From Octopus bimaculoides (Eukaryota): a stretch of DNA of 64,000 bases. Each line of letters starts with the position of its first letter. Position 1 is the stretch's first letter. Below, piece after piece: positions 1 through 10,326 of the stretch. The stretch is taken from assembly GCF_001194135.2 (NCBI RefSeq), contig NC_068984.1:52884786-52948785 (forward strand), read 5' to 3'. The notes beneath the pieces were generated by a model. The model was not told the DNA's origin. It ran no database searches and was given only the letters and a program-made list of their open reading frames with translations. Made by a program: the position numbers and the translations under genes.

Positions 1-3
1 TTC

Positions 4-268
4 TGTTATGTTTCCCTCGGACTGACTTGCAGAGATAACATAACGAGTTATACAGTTTAATTATTACATTTATTGTTCAATTACATACAAAGAACGCACT
101 CACCCAATGTTCGTTATGAATAAACAAAAGTCATGTCCACCATATATATATCAATGACATTTTACTACGACAGTCCCACAAGACAACAACAATGAAACAA
201 TGAACTCAGACGAACCACATGACACACGGAACGTCAGACGAATTACATATCTAACAGTCCATATAACA
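4..268 (-). mobile_element. Solo LTR-like element (~265 bp)
   Basis: Inverted termini TGTTAT (4-9) and ATAACA (263-268). Right flank GTTTC (269-273) ends in TTC, matching the three visible left-flank bases (1-3), consistent with a 5-bp target-site duplication. AATAAA on the minus strand (tttatt at 69-74) lies about 65 nt from the 3' end. Confidence 0.55.
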
Positions 269-539
269 GTTTCTTTTGACATATTTCCTGTGAAAACCAA
301 TTTTCAAATGACACACACTATTGTCCTTGAACTAACTACCATGTGTTTTTGAAACTACCACTTCTGATGCTTTTTAGTCTCCATACAATACACATTTCAT
401 AAATGTGTTTATGTCCACACAAATATGTGCCCCTTGTATCATCAATTAATACTTATGATACTGTTGCTTTCTCAGTTCTTATTTTCATCTAGTTTGGTTT
501 ATATAAAGAATGGTGCATAATGTAAGAAGTACTGTATTT

Positions 540-920
540 TCACAGGTGCAGGTATGACTATGTGGTGAAGTTTGCTTCCAACCACATGGTTTCAGGTTCA
601 GTAGCACATTGGGCAAGTGTCTTCTACTATAGCTGCAGGCCAACCAAAGCCTTTTGTGTGGATTTGGAAGACGGAAACTTAAAGAAGCACTTTCTCTCTC
701 TCTGTTTTCCTTGTCTTGACATTGCATAATGTTGTAAATGAATGTCATTCATTTTCAATATTCTACAAAAGCATATCTGACCAAGGAGAAATATTACTTT
801 GCTTGGAAACAGGTAATGGTTGGCAACAAGAAGGGTGCCTGGCAGCAGAAAATCTGCCTCAATAAACTTCATCCTACCCATGTATACATGGAAAAAATGA
901 CATTAAAATGGTAATGATGA
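540..920 (+). mobile_element. tRNA-headed SINE, RTE-tailed subfamily
   Basis: Degenerate A/B-box head (tgactatgtgg...ggttcagt), shared body gggcaagtgtcttctactatagc...aaagcc...gtggatttgg, and a 3' tail ccatg...catggaaaa...ttaaaatg(atg)n as in other copies in the window. Confidence 0.8.
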
Positions 921-3194
921 TGTAATAATGAACATTAATGGCAAATTCAATCAAAAAGTCTCAGTATAAACATTCATTTATCTAATCATAATAAATGTTT
1001 TATTTGACATTTAGCACTTAACCAACATAATAGATACAGGTCAAACCCTTGAGAAGACAAATGCCATGGCTGGTTATTCCTATTGTATGCACAAAAGGTG
1101 ACCTATACATGTGACATCAGGAGCCCATTGAGAATCACACAACCAGACCAACTGATAATAATTTGTCTAATATATTTGTTAACCCCTTAAACATGTTGCA
1201 TTTATTCATCTATTCAGCATTTATAAATATTCTCATACCCAAGATAAAAAAAAATACACTTTTCACTGATTTCAAAGTGTCAATACATAAATCCAGTTTG
1301 CTAATATATAAATCCATTGAGCTGCCAACTCTGGTAGGATTTGAAATGAGATACAAAATTAGATAGGTTGATCCACCAAAGCATGATCTTTACCACTTAC
1401 ACTTTGTTCTGAGAGAATGATAAGAAATTAATGTAAATCTAATCTGAGTTGTTGAATGGTATTCAGATAATAGATAAAATAAAGTTCAAACTACATGCCA
1501 TTAACTTTTGATAACAATATTTATGAAAATCTTCAGACAACTTTCATTAATACTTTGTTATCATCAGTTTCCCTATTAACTTGAGGTATACTGCAAGCCA
1601 CTAAACACTAGGAGGAAAACCCCAAAACTTCTTTCAATGATCTTTGTGACCAAGTGGTATATACCATAGTTCAGGGAAATAAGATCACCCAAAAGTACTG
1701 GGTTCAATCCCACTAAAAGCACCATTTTGAAAACAGTAGGAGGACACCTAAGAATCATGACCTAGGTGGGTCTGACTCCCTTGGAGTGTAAGGAACTAAC
1801 AGGCAGAAACACTTGCTTGAAGTGAGTTTTACTCTGAAGATTTCTCCTGTAGTCTGTTTGCACTGCAGTGAGTCTCCACCTATTTAAGCAGGATGAGTTT
1901 GTGTATAGAAGATAGACATTGAATGACGATGATGATGATGATGAAGATGATGGTGTGTGTGTGTGGACATATATATATATATGTGTGTGTGTGTGTATAC
2001 TTATATGTAGATATATATATATGTAGGGATACATATGCACATAGATATTTTTGCACTTACTATTGTTTGTCTGAGGCCATGCTAAGCCCAAACAAATTTG
2101 GAAAACTTTGAAAGACTTCAAATTAGTGGTAGTGCATTAAGCAAAAGCTGAGGGTATCAGCATTTGGTGGAGAGGAAAGAACATACATTAAGTTTTTCAG
2201 AGACAGTTAAACACTCCCTTCTATTCTACACAGCTCTTTTCAATGAACAAGGAATATGTGGTAACACTAAAACCACTTTCTCTAGGACTGACATTTCTAT
2301 ATGAAGTTATTATTTCAGTTGGGGTTTATTTTTTGATTATAAAATTGTGAAATTCTTTTGTTCTTTTATTGAAAGTTCTAGGCATGAATCAAACAAAAAA
2401 ATATTACTTTTTGTCTTCTCCTTTCTGTATGTTAATACATTTTGGTGCAGTTTCAGAAAAGTGATTATGTAACATAAAGTAATGACATAACACCAACATT
2501 TTTGTCCACAGTTTTTGGCCTATATAGCATGTACTAAAATCAATGACAAAATAATTTACTAATGTTATTTTATTCTTGCAAGGACAATTTATTTCATCAT
2601 GAAAAACAACAAAATCACAGAAAACATCATTTTTTTTTCAGTTTCGGGAAAACCCAGGCAAAAACGAATGGTTTTACATAAAGCTATCCTTTTCAATTCA
2701 TTGGTTGAATAAATGGTTGCCCTAACTTAAGTTTTGAGATACAAATCAAACTCCTTTAATTTTTTGAGTTTTAATCAAGGAAACCTGGACTATTTGATAT
2801 TTTTTAATATGTTCCACCTAAGTAAGTAAAACCCAATAAGTTCACCAGTTCTTTTGTTCTTTTATTGAAAGTTCTAGGCATGAATCAAACAAACAAAAAA
2901 ATGACTTTTTGTCTTTTCCTCTCTGTCGCACTAGAACTCATCTGTTATTGGTCTCTTCTCATCTACCCACAGAAATTTTCTTTGCTCTGAGCTAATTAGC
3001 ATGACTAATTGCAAAAGTTGCATACAGCACATTAGTATTAGCAGTTATCAATAGTCTTGAACATCTACAAGAGACCTGGTTCTGTCTGTCTATCATACTC
3101 TTACCTCTCATAACCAGCCACAAATACACTTCCCCCAATACTACTAGTAGTATTGTCGTGCAGGTTATTTGGCAATTTAACTACAAAAAAAAAA

Positions 3195-3370
3195 AAAACC
3201 TTTCCAGCACAATCTGTAAAGTGGTTGGCATTAGGAAGGGCGTCTAGCCGTAGAAACCATACCAAAAGCAGAAAGTAGAGCTTGGTACAGTCTTCTGGCT
3301 TAGCAGCTCTTGTCAAACCGCTCAACCCATACCAGCATGGAAAAGAGACGTTAAATGATAATGATGATAA
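3195..3370 (+). mobile_element. 5'-truncated RTE-type LINE 3' UTR fragment
   Basis: ctgtaaagtggttggcattaggaaggg...gtcaaaccg.tcaacccat.ccagcatggaaa...cgttaaatgat(aatgat); same family as 12960-13265 and 28711-29038. Confidence 0.75.
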
Positions 3371-3649
3371 TGAGCACTATGAGAAGCACAAGACATAAGC
3401 TTTCTTGACTCAGAATATTTGTCCCTAAATTCAAGGCAGTCATTCACATGGTGTACAGTTAATAAAAAAAATAAAGTATAAAGTAATACTATGGATTTGT
3501 TTTTAAAATGTGTTATTGATTTTTCAGCGATTGTCGGCTGCATTATTATTAACAATTACAAAAAAATGCTGAAGTCAGCCCGTCTAATGTTTATAAACAC
3601 ATAAAACAGATTTCCTTGAGTTTCAACGATGACAGCTAGTTCATTGAAT

Positions 3650-3870
3650 TAGCATGCATTCTACAGACACGGGAATCCTTAACGTAGTTCTCAGGCAGAA
3701 TCAGCGTGACAAAATTGGACCTTTAAATTACAGGTATAAACCATTGAACAGCTTTCCACATTATACTTGTCTTCTCGATTTTCTTGGTTCGACTAAAAGC
3801 AATGGTATAAAAAAACACTTGCTCAAAACGCCACGCAATGGGGTGGAACCTGGGACCTCTTGATTACAAA
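3650..3870 (-). mobile_element. Degenerate tRNA-derived SINE fragment
   Basis: ctacagacacg...ccttaacgtagttctc...cagcgtgac matches the body of the younger copy at 63380-63764; B-box-like ggtggaacc near 3845. Confidence 0.55.
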
Positions 3871-4692
3871 AGAATTATGAGTACCAATTTATTTTTACAG
3901 TTCGCTTGGGGATGTAAAATCTTCCCAAAAAAAACACCCTCCAGTCTCAAAAAAAACAATCAAACAAAAACAGGTTGTCTAGAATCCAGAGTACGGTTGG
4001 ACAACCTCTGATCTGCGGTCCTCTGGATCAAATCTGACCTTAGACTAAACAACAATACTTCGCTTTCTCATTACTAATAAGGAAAGAGAAATTAATGTAA
4101 ACGTAACACAGCCCGCAATATACATAAAAATATATATATATATATATATTTACATAAAGCAATAAATATATTTACGCATGAAGTCATAAAAACAATATCA
4201 CTGTGTTTCTAACATACTGTGATGGAGGAAATAAAAATTCGTTTACACCGCCATAGTAACATGCTGGTAATTTTTCTGTTTTTTGCTCTAAATTTATCGT
4301 TACCCTGTTACGACCACTTACTAATGCTTTTATTTTCTGATCGAAACCAACCACTCCTCATAATTTCAATATGTAAGGATAGATTATTAATTTTAAAAAA
4401 TTTTCACAATGGGCTGAAGCACCGAAACACGTGTAATGTTTTTAATACCCATTAATTATAACATAATATAATGAACTTAACTTTTATTAATGCCTTACTT
4501 CCAATATGATAAAGTTTTCACATGTTTCTTTATAGCATAAACACTGCATTAATATGACAACAATCGCTAGAGTTACTAATATCGTTGTACTCAACTGATT
4601 TAAAACAAGAGTAGCGAAGCTATTCACGTTGAAAGTAAGAGTGCAAATCAAAAATTAGACGAGTTCATAAACAGAAAACAAAGTTAACTTAC

Positions 4693-4777
4693 CTGTTTCG
4701 GCCACAACAGCTGATGCCGACGAAAGTAAATATTTAAAAGCGAATTTGTTATGTTTCTTGCCATCTTTCACCAACAT
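4693..4777 (-). CDS. UCP4: First coding exon of a mitochondrial carrier (SLC25) protein, most like uncoupling protein 4
   Basis: Minus strand ATG at 4777, with an in-frame stop upstream, reads MLVKDGKKHNKFAFKYLLSSASAVVAET plus 1 nt, then the consensus donor CAG|GTAAGT (intron starts 4692). FKYLLS.....VAE matches the first transmembrane helix of UCP4/SLC25A27 (human [21 protein letters not shown]), just before the Px(D/E)xxK carrier signature. No exon encoding TYPLD was found in 1-4692, so the gene presumably continues left of the window. Confidence 0.72.
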
Positions 4778-5106
4778 CACAGCAACTTTTAACAAATTTT
4801 TCCTTGCTAGGTAACAGGGTCAGGCTAACTACACAGAATTAAAAATTTCACCACTGAAAAAGCTGATCTCCAACAACCATACATTCCTTCCCTACCCCTG
4901 ATGTCTTAACTATATTTATAAGTAAATATTTTATTTATTTTTTTATTCTTATGTTAGAAATCTATTGTCTCCTCAGGATATCTGCTCGCACTATATTTAA
5001 CTTAAGAAATTCTCTACACTACACTAGTTTAAGCTACTACCGTAGCAACTGAAGTGAATCGTAATGGATTGATGATTTTATTAAAGGATATATATTAGAA
5101 GCGATA

Positions 5107-5182
5107 CTACTTAAATACAGAGGTCCCGTAGGGTTAGGATTAGTCTTAGGGTCAGTTTTTAGGGACCTCTGTATTTAAGTGG
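5107..5182. mobile_element. Tiny foldback MITE with TA target-site duplication
   Basis: 19-bp perfect inverted repeat acttaaatacagaggtccc (5109-5127) / gggacctctgtatttaagt (5162-5180), extendable with one mismatch; TA at 5105-5106 and 5183-5184. Confidence 0.65.
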
Positions 5183-5189
5183 TACCTTA

Positions 5190-5570
5190 GAAGCGGCCAT
5201 GCTGGGGCACCGCCTCGAAGAATTTTAGTCGACACCAATATTTTTTTTTTTTTTTTTTTTTTTAACCTGGCTCTTATTTCATCGGTCTGTTGTACCGAAC
5301 CGCCAAGTTACGGGATGTAAACATGCCGACGCTGGTTGTCAAGCGGTGGTAGAGGGACAAAGACACACGCACACATATATGTATACATACATATATAGAT
5401 ATACATACGATGCGCCTCTTTCAGTTCCCGCCTACCAAATCCACTTACAAGGCTTTGGCCGACCCGAGGCCATAACAGAAGGCTCTTGCCCAAGGTACCG
5501 CGTAGTGGGACTGAACAGGAACCATGTGGTTAGGAAGCAAAGTTCTTACCACACAACCATACCTCTGCCT
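5190..5570 (-). mobile_element. tRNA-headed SINE with internal microsatellite (major family)
   Basis: Reverse complement reads tRNA-like head (tggttgtgtgg...cctgttcagtcccact), body ccttgggcaag...aaagccttgtaagtggatttggtagg, (TA/TG)n, then the ...gcggtgccccagcatggccgc 3' part. Confidence 0.85.
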
Positions 5571-5846
5571 TCACTTGTCAGTTTACGCAGTACCGGCATG
5601 GGTGCGCTTATGCAGCACTGGCACGGGTGCATTTACACAACACTGGCACAGGTGCTTTTTATGTGGCACTGGCACCCTGAAAGGACAAGCCTGTATATAT
5701 GGAAGATAACGGTTTTCCTTAGCTCGATGCATCTTTTCTAGAGCAGCAAATCCCCACATCTCCTAGTCTCTTGTCATTTCCTCAATGAGGCCTAACGTCC
5801 AAAGTTCCTTTCTCGCCACTTCGTCCCACGTCTTCCTGGGTCTACC
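5571..5846 (-). mobile_element. RTE-clade LINE ORF2 C-terminus plus start of 3' UTR
   Basis: Minus strand translates GRPRKTWDEVARKELWTLGLIEEMTRD*EMW, the GRPxxxW...DRxxW tail typical of RTE ORF2, followed by gtgccagtg...aaaagcacc repeats that link it to the abundant 3'-fragment family. Confidence 0.8.
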
Positions 5847-5907
5847 CAACTCTTCGAAACGCCAGTGTTATAATGGAGGCAGCTGATGAAGGAAATGNNN
5901 NNNNNNN

Positions 5908-6688
5908 TAATGAGATCAGCCAATAAATATGTAAACAGATATATATATAGAGAGAGAGATGAATGAATAATAATAGATGAGTGTACAGATACAAATCACG
6001 GCTGTTTCTACCATGAGGCATCAGAATCTTCCAAGTTATCCTCATCACATCAGTGATATATAGGGATGAACAAAGATTGGGTAATGGTTGATCTTCAAGG
6101 TTTCTTCAGAGAGTACAAATGTTAGGAAACTAACATGTGGGANNNNNNNNNNTATACTACTGGATGTGTACCTACATATTTTTAACCAAGTGCTTACTAT
6201 TGAATGGCAATATTGCAATTGAATACTAGGTATGGGTGGGGGTAAATTTGGGAATTTACCCAGGATTTATAAGGCAAATAAGAAAATGGAGAGGATATAA
6301 AATCGACAAACATCAGCCTGTAAACATTCCATTATATCTATTTATTAAATGATAACGAACGTGTTTAAGTGGTACAAGTAAACTAATGAGATCAGCCAAT
6401 AAATATGTAAACAGATATATATATAGAGAGAGAGATGAATGAATAATAATAGATGAGTGTACAGATACAAATCACGGCTGTTTCTACCATGAGGCNNNNN
6501 NNNNNNNNNNNNNNNNNNNNNNNNNNNNNNNNNNNNNNNNNNNNNNNNNNNNNNNNNNNNNNNNNNNNNNNNNNNNNNNNNNNNNNNNNATCACATCAGT
6601 GATATATAGGGATGAACAAAGATTGGGTAATGGTTGATCTTCAAGGTTTCTTCAGAGAGTACAAATGTTAGGAAACTAACATGTGGGA
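5908..6688. repeat. Gap-flanking identical duplication (probable assembly artefact)
   Basis: 5908-6142 recurs identically as 6385-6496 and 6590-6688 on either side of an N run. Confidence 0.75.
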
Positions 6689-8088
6689 AATTCAGTTAGA
6701 ATAATAGAGTAGGATAAGATAGAGGAAAATAGGTAAAAATATAAAATAATATAATGTAATAGACATGGTAAGGAAAAGTAAGAACTTCATTTCAAGGTGT
6801 TATAACCCATGGTATTCCATCCTGTGGTAAGTAAGTAAAGTCACTCTCAGGAGATATATCCATAGGCTGCCGTTTACATTGTTTCCATTATGCTGAGGGA
6901 AATAGTGAATGTAGTATGCTTTGTGGTGGGTTTAATTGTATGGTCCCTGCTACAGAGGTTAGAGGCTAAATGCTATTTAATAGATATAGCAATATTAAAG
7001 GAGTTGGCTGAAATAACTTAAATTGAACCTGTTAGGGGAAAATTAATACATAAGTAAAACCTTGATAGTGTGATATTAATATTTGTTACTTATTGGCCAA
7101 AAACTAATCCCAATACCTCTATGCATAGCGGGGTGAGGTAAAAGTCAATCCTACAACCTAATTGGTCAATGAATTAATGTCACCTCTACCCCACCTCTTT
7201 TATAGACAGTTACTTCTGTCTAATTGACTCTTTCAAAAGTTTAATTCTTTTTCTTGTGGGTAGAGGGGTACTTGTGGCAATATTTATGACCAATATCCAA
7301 CCATGAGCTGTCAACTCACTATGCTCTTTATTCTAAATATACAGTCTTCTAGTCTCAGATTTTAGTTAATGATAAAGAGACAGATAAATTGGAAATTAAT
7401 TACAACCCACTGTGTTCCATGTCACTCTAAAAGATTGTAGTCTCTTCTCTTAACTATTCTTGCGACAATAGTGACAACATGAATTTCTTCCATCCTCTTG
7501 TTCTGTTAAAATTTTAAGAAAAATTAGATTAACGTATCTTGTCTGTTGAAGTTCCAACTTTGTGCAGCTGAAGATAGTGCTGCATTTAAATTGATGTAAT
7601 GATAGCATTGTTCAATTAAATGGAGCCGCTTAAAACGGTTGTACTGCATTACTACTTGAAATCCTGTTACTTATTTTGATTATATATATATATGTATATA
7701 TATGTAAGATATTTTTAAAAGTCCTTATTTATACAGAAGTTACTTTGAAATTGGTTAATTTTGTTTTACTTCAATATCCTCATTTTAGTCATTCAGTTGG
7801 ACTTAGGTCAAGTTTCTTACCATTATAATGCCTTCTAGCTACTTTAAAAAAGTTCAACTAAAAGTCACTAGGTACTGTATGTAGAACGAATGTCTTGATT
7901 CTGACAGCACTACTAGTTTGTCTTTTTATTGGCTTATTAGGTCCCTACTTATTGATGCTTAATACAAACATAAAAAGTAAAATTACGATGATAAATATGT
8001 CGAAAATATAGGTGTTCATAAATGTGTGATGGTGAAAACAAATCACAATCTGTTCATAAACCACTCTTGCGGACTGTGTCATCAATGA

Positions 8089-8672
8089 GCCCAGATTATA
8101 CCCCCTCCAGACAGCCAGCCCAGAATATATCCCTGTCCGGACTATACTCCATGCTTGCGGACAAATAATACAGATGTACTTCACTTATAAAAGTTGCTTC
8201 AGAACATATATAAAATTTGATATCAATCGCTGAAGAATTAAAAGTTACATGTAAATTTCCATTTAAGCATAGCAATTTAGAATTATCAAATGCAAATATT
8301 CAATGTACCAATATAAAACCAATGTATAGGTAGATTGGAAAAAATTGACGACTTATGCACACTACACAACACACTTGTACTATGAGTCATAGCCTAGACT
8401 CATGCAAATGAGGCCATTCGTGTTAGGTACATTTTTTAAGATTTTGCATTTGATAATTCTAAATTACTATGTTTAGATCAAAATTTACATGTAATTTTTA
8501 ATTCTTCATCGATTGATATCAAATTTTATATATGCTCTATACAACTTTTATAAGTGAGGTATATCTGTGTTATTTGTCTGCGAACATGGAGTATAGCCTG
8601 GACGGGTATATTCTGGGTTGACTCTCTGGAGGGGTATAGCTTGGGCAAGGGTATATTTTGGGCTGTTACACC
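8089..8672. mobile_element. Foldback/MITE with ~220-bp inverted arms
   Basis: 8089-8309 is the diverged reverse complement of 8426-8646 (e.g. cacttataaaagttg / caacttttataagtg; atataaaatttgatatcaatcg / cgattgatatcaaattttatat); subterminal TATACCC repeats; ~115-bp spacer. Confidence 0.75.
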
Positions 8673-8919
8673 ACCAATTTTCAATCCTGTCTAGACTTGT
8701 TGCACCCATACCCCTGCACTGATCAATAAAGCCACAGAGAGACACCTGCATTCAAGTACGTGTGTGTATGCCCTGCATATGTCGCTTTGAATGCATTCTA
8801 TTTGTAAGGTTTTTTTTTAACATGTAAATTAGGGGTTCTGTGGAGTGAGTGCATGTTCAATAGTTCCAGTTTTAGCTAAAACTGGAAAACCTAGGGTTTT
8901 GAACATTAAAAATTTGAAA

Positions 8920-8992
8920 ATTGGCGACCCCTTCACATTTGGCGACCCCCCCCCCTAAAATTGCTTTGCGGATCCCAGTTTGGGAACTGAGG
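8920..8992. mobile_element. hAT/Charlie-like MITE end
   Basis: Repeated ggcgacccc motifs followed by cccagtttgggaactg, resembling hAT-MITE termini (CAGTGGTTCCCAAAC type); a similar left end cagtggttctcaacc is at 57085. Confidence 0.4.
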
Positions 8993-9648
8993 TCCTAACA
9001 ACATATCAGTGGAATAAAGTATTAGACAGTTGTGCAAAGGGAGTTGTTTACTGCATTAGGATTTATGGTAAAATCCATAAATTGAATGAAATAAAGGAAT
9101 AAGGAATATGATGATGAGGTAGACTTAAATTAAGTGAGTTTATACCTTATCCTAATAACATTTCTGTGGAATAAAGTGTTAGATAATTATACACTTTATT
9201 TTATCCATTTGTGTTCTTATTTTATGCAAACACCATGCCTAGAACCTTCCCTATGTTGGATCTGGAACTTACACTGGACCATGAAACTGCTTGTTGGTGT
9301 GTAAGGGTATATAATTTTAGTTTAGTATCATTGATGCTGAAATGAGAGGATCAGTCCACCTTCAATATCTTGGTATTTATTCTCTAAACCAAATTTTGAA
9401 TTTTTAATCCACCTGAAGAAAAGGGTTTTTTTCATGATGTGATCAAATTATTCACCAATTAAAAATGTGTCTGAAACAGCTGTTGTGAACCTCTAACCCA
9501 TTTGTGTTCATATTTTATATAAGTATGAAATCATAAGGATCTTTTGGACAATAACTGTTGAGGATTGAGCAATGTCCCATCTCATGTATGAATTTTCCAT
9601 TTATTCCTTTGTTGTGTTTCTGTTTAAATCTTGAAACTTGTATAAAAT

Positions 9649-9715
9649 AGAATGCCCAAAAGGGCTCCTGATTCTCTGTGTCAGAAGCAGTTATGTTCAG
9701 ATCACAACTAAGTCT

Positions 9716-9750
<35 letters not shown>

Positions 9751-10326
9751 AAATAGTAAATGAGTATATGCATATATACGTACAGGCATGTGCGTACCGA
9801 CATCTACCCGTATGTATAGGTGCATATCTGGGTACAAGACATTGCAAACAAAACGTAGACGAGAAAACACACAAGCCACATAGAGAACATTCTATATATA
9901 TATGGGCAACACACACATACACACACACATGTACATACACCAATTGCATACATATTTTTTGTACGCATACATGTTCGTATGTATGTGTGCATGTGTGTGT
10001 TGCCTGTATATCAACAAAACACTTTTTTCCTCGACGGAAAAAAAAGAAGTTTTAAAAACTTGCTCATCGCTAGAAAGGGACATAACTCCTGTTGTAAACA
10101 ATGGTTGATTTCTCCGACTTGAAAGTTGTTAAAAGTTATGGTTGAAAATCGATTTTTACAGCTATACATGGGTGCTTCTGAGAGAAAAGGTTGACGAAAA
10201 TGCAGATAGGGTCATGACGAATGTCCTCCTAAAATTGGAGTGATATGCGTGCTAATTTGTGGATGTGCATAAATTACATTCTCGTACACACACACACACA
10301 CACACCTTGCCTTTTATATATATATA
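9649..10326 (-). mobile_element. Non-autonomous Helitron-like element (copy 2)
   Basis: Minus strand starts TATATATATATAAAAGG(TG)n...; shares both its 5' ~400 bp and its 3' 70 bp (ttagttgtgatctgaac...gcccttttgggcattct hairpin) with the copy at 26900-27783. Confidence 0.6.

Noticed and set aside
1535-1570. Minus-strand CTGATGA...GAAA
   Set aside because: No credible stem II or stem I pairing.
4405-4440. gggctgaagcaccgaaacacgtgt as a hammerhead
   Set aside because: It has GAAAC with a palindromic ACACGTGT but no CTGANGA core at the right spacing; at best a decayed relic.
4693-4764. MARNITNS... frame as the main product of the minus-strand gene
   Set aside because: The upstream ATG frame matches SLC25/UCP4 helix 1, so this frame is kept only as an overlapping curiosity.
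5908-6688. Apparent tandem duplication
   Set aside because: The copies are identical and bounded by 10-N gaps; most likely a gap-filling artefact rather than biology.
9515-10108. Overlapping ORFs rich in YI/HT/CV repeats (also 38576-38904, 42467-42816 and others)
   Set aside because: Translations of (TA)n, (CA)n and (TG)n microsatellites inside SINEs and Helitrons.
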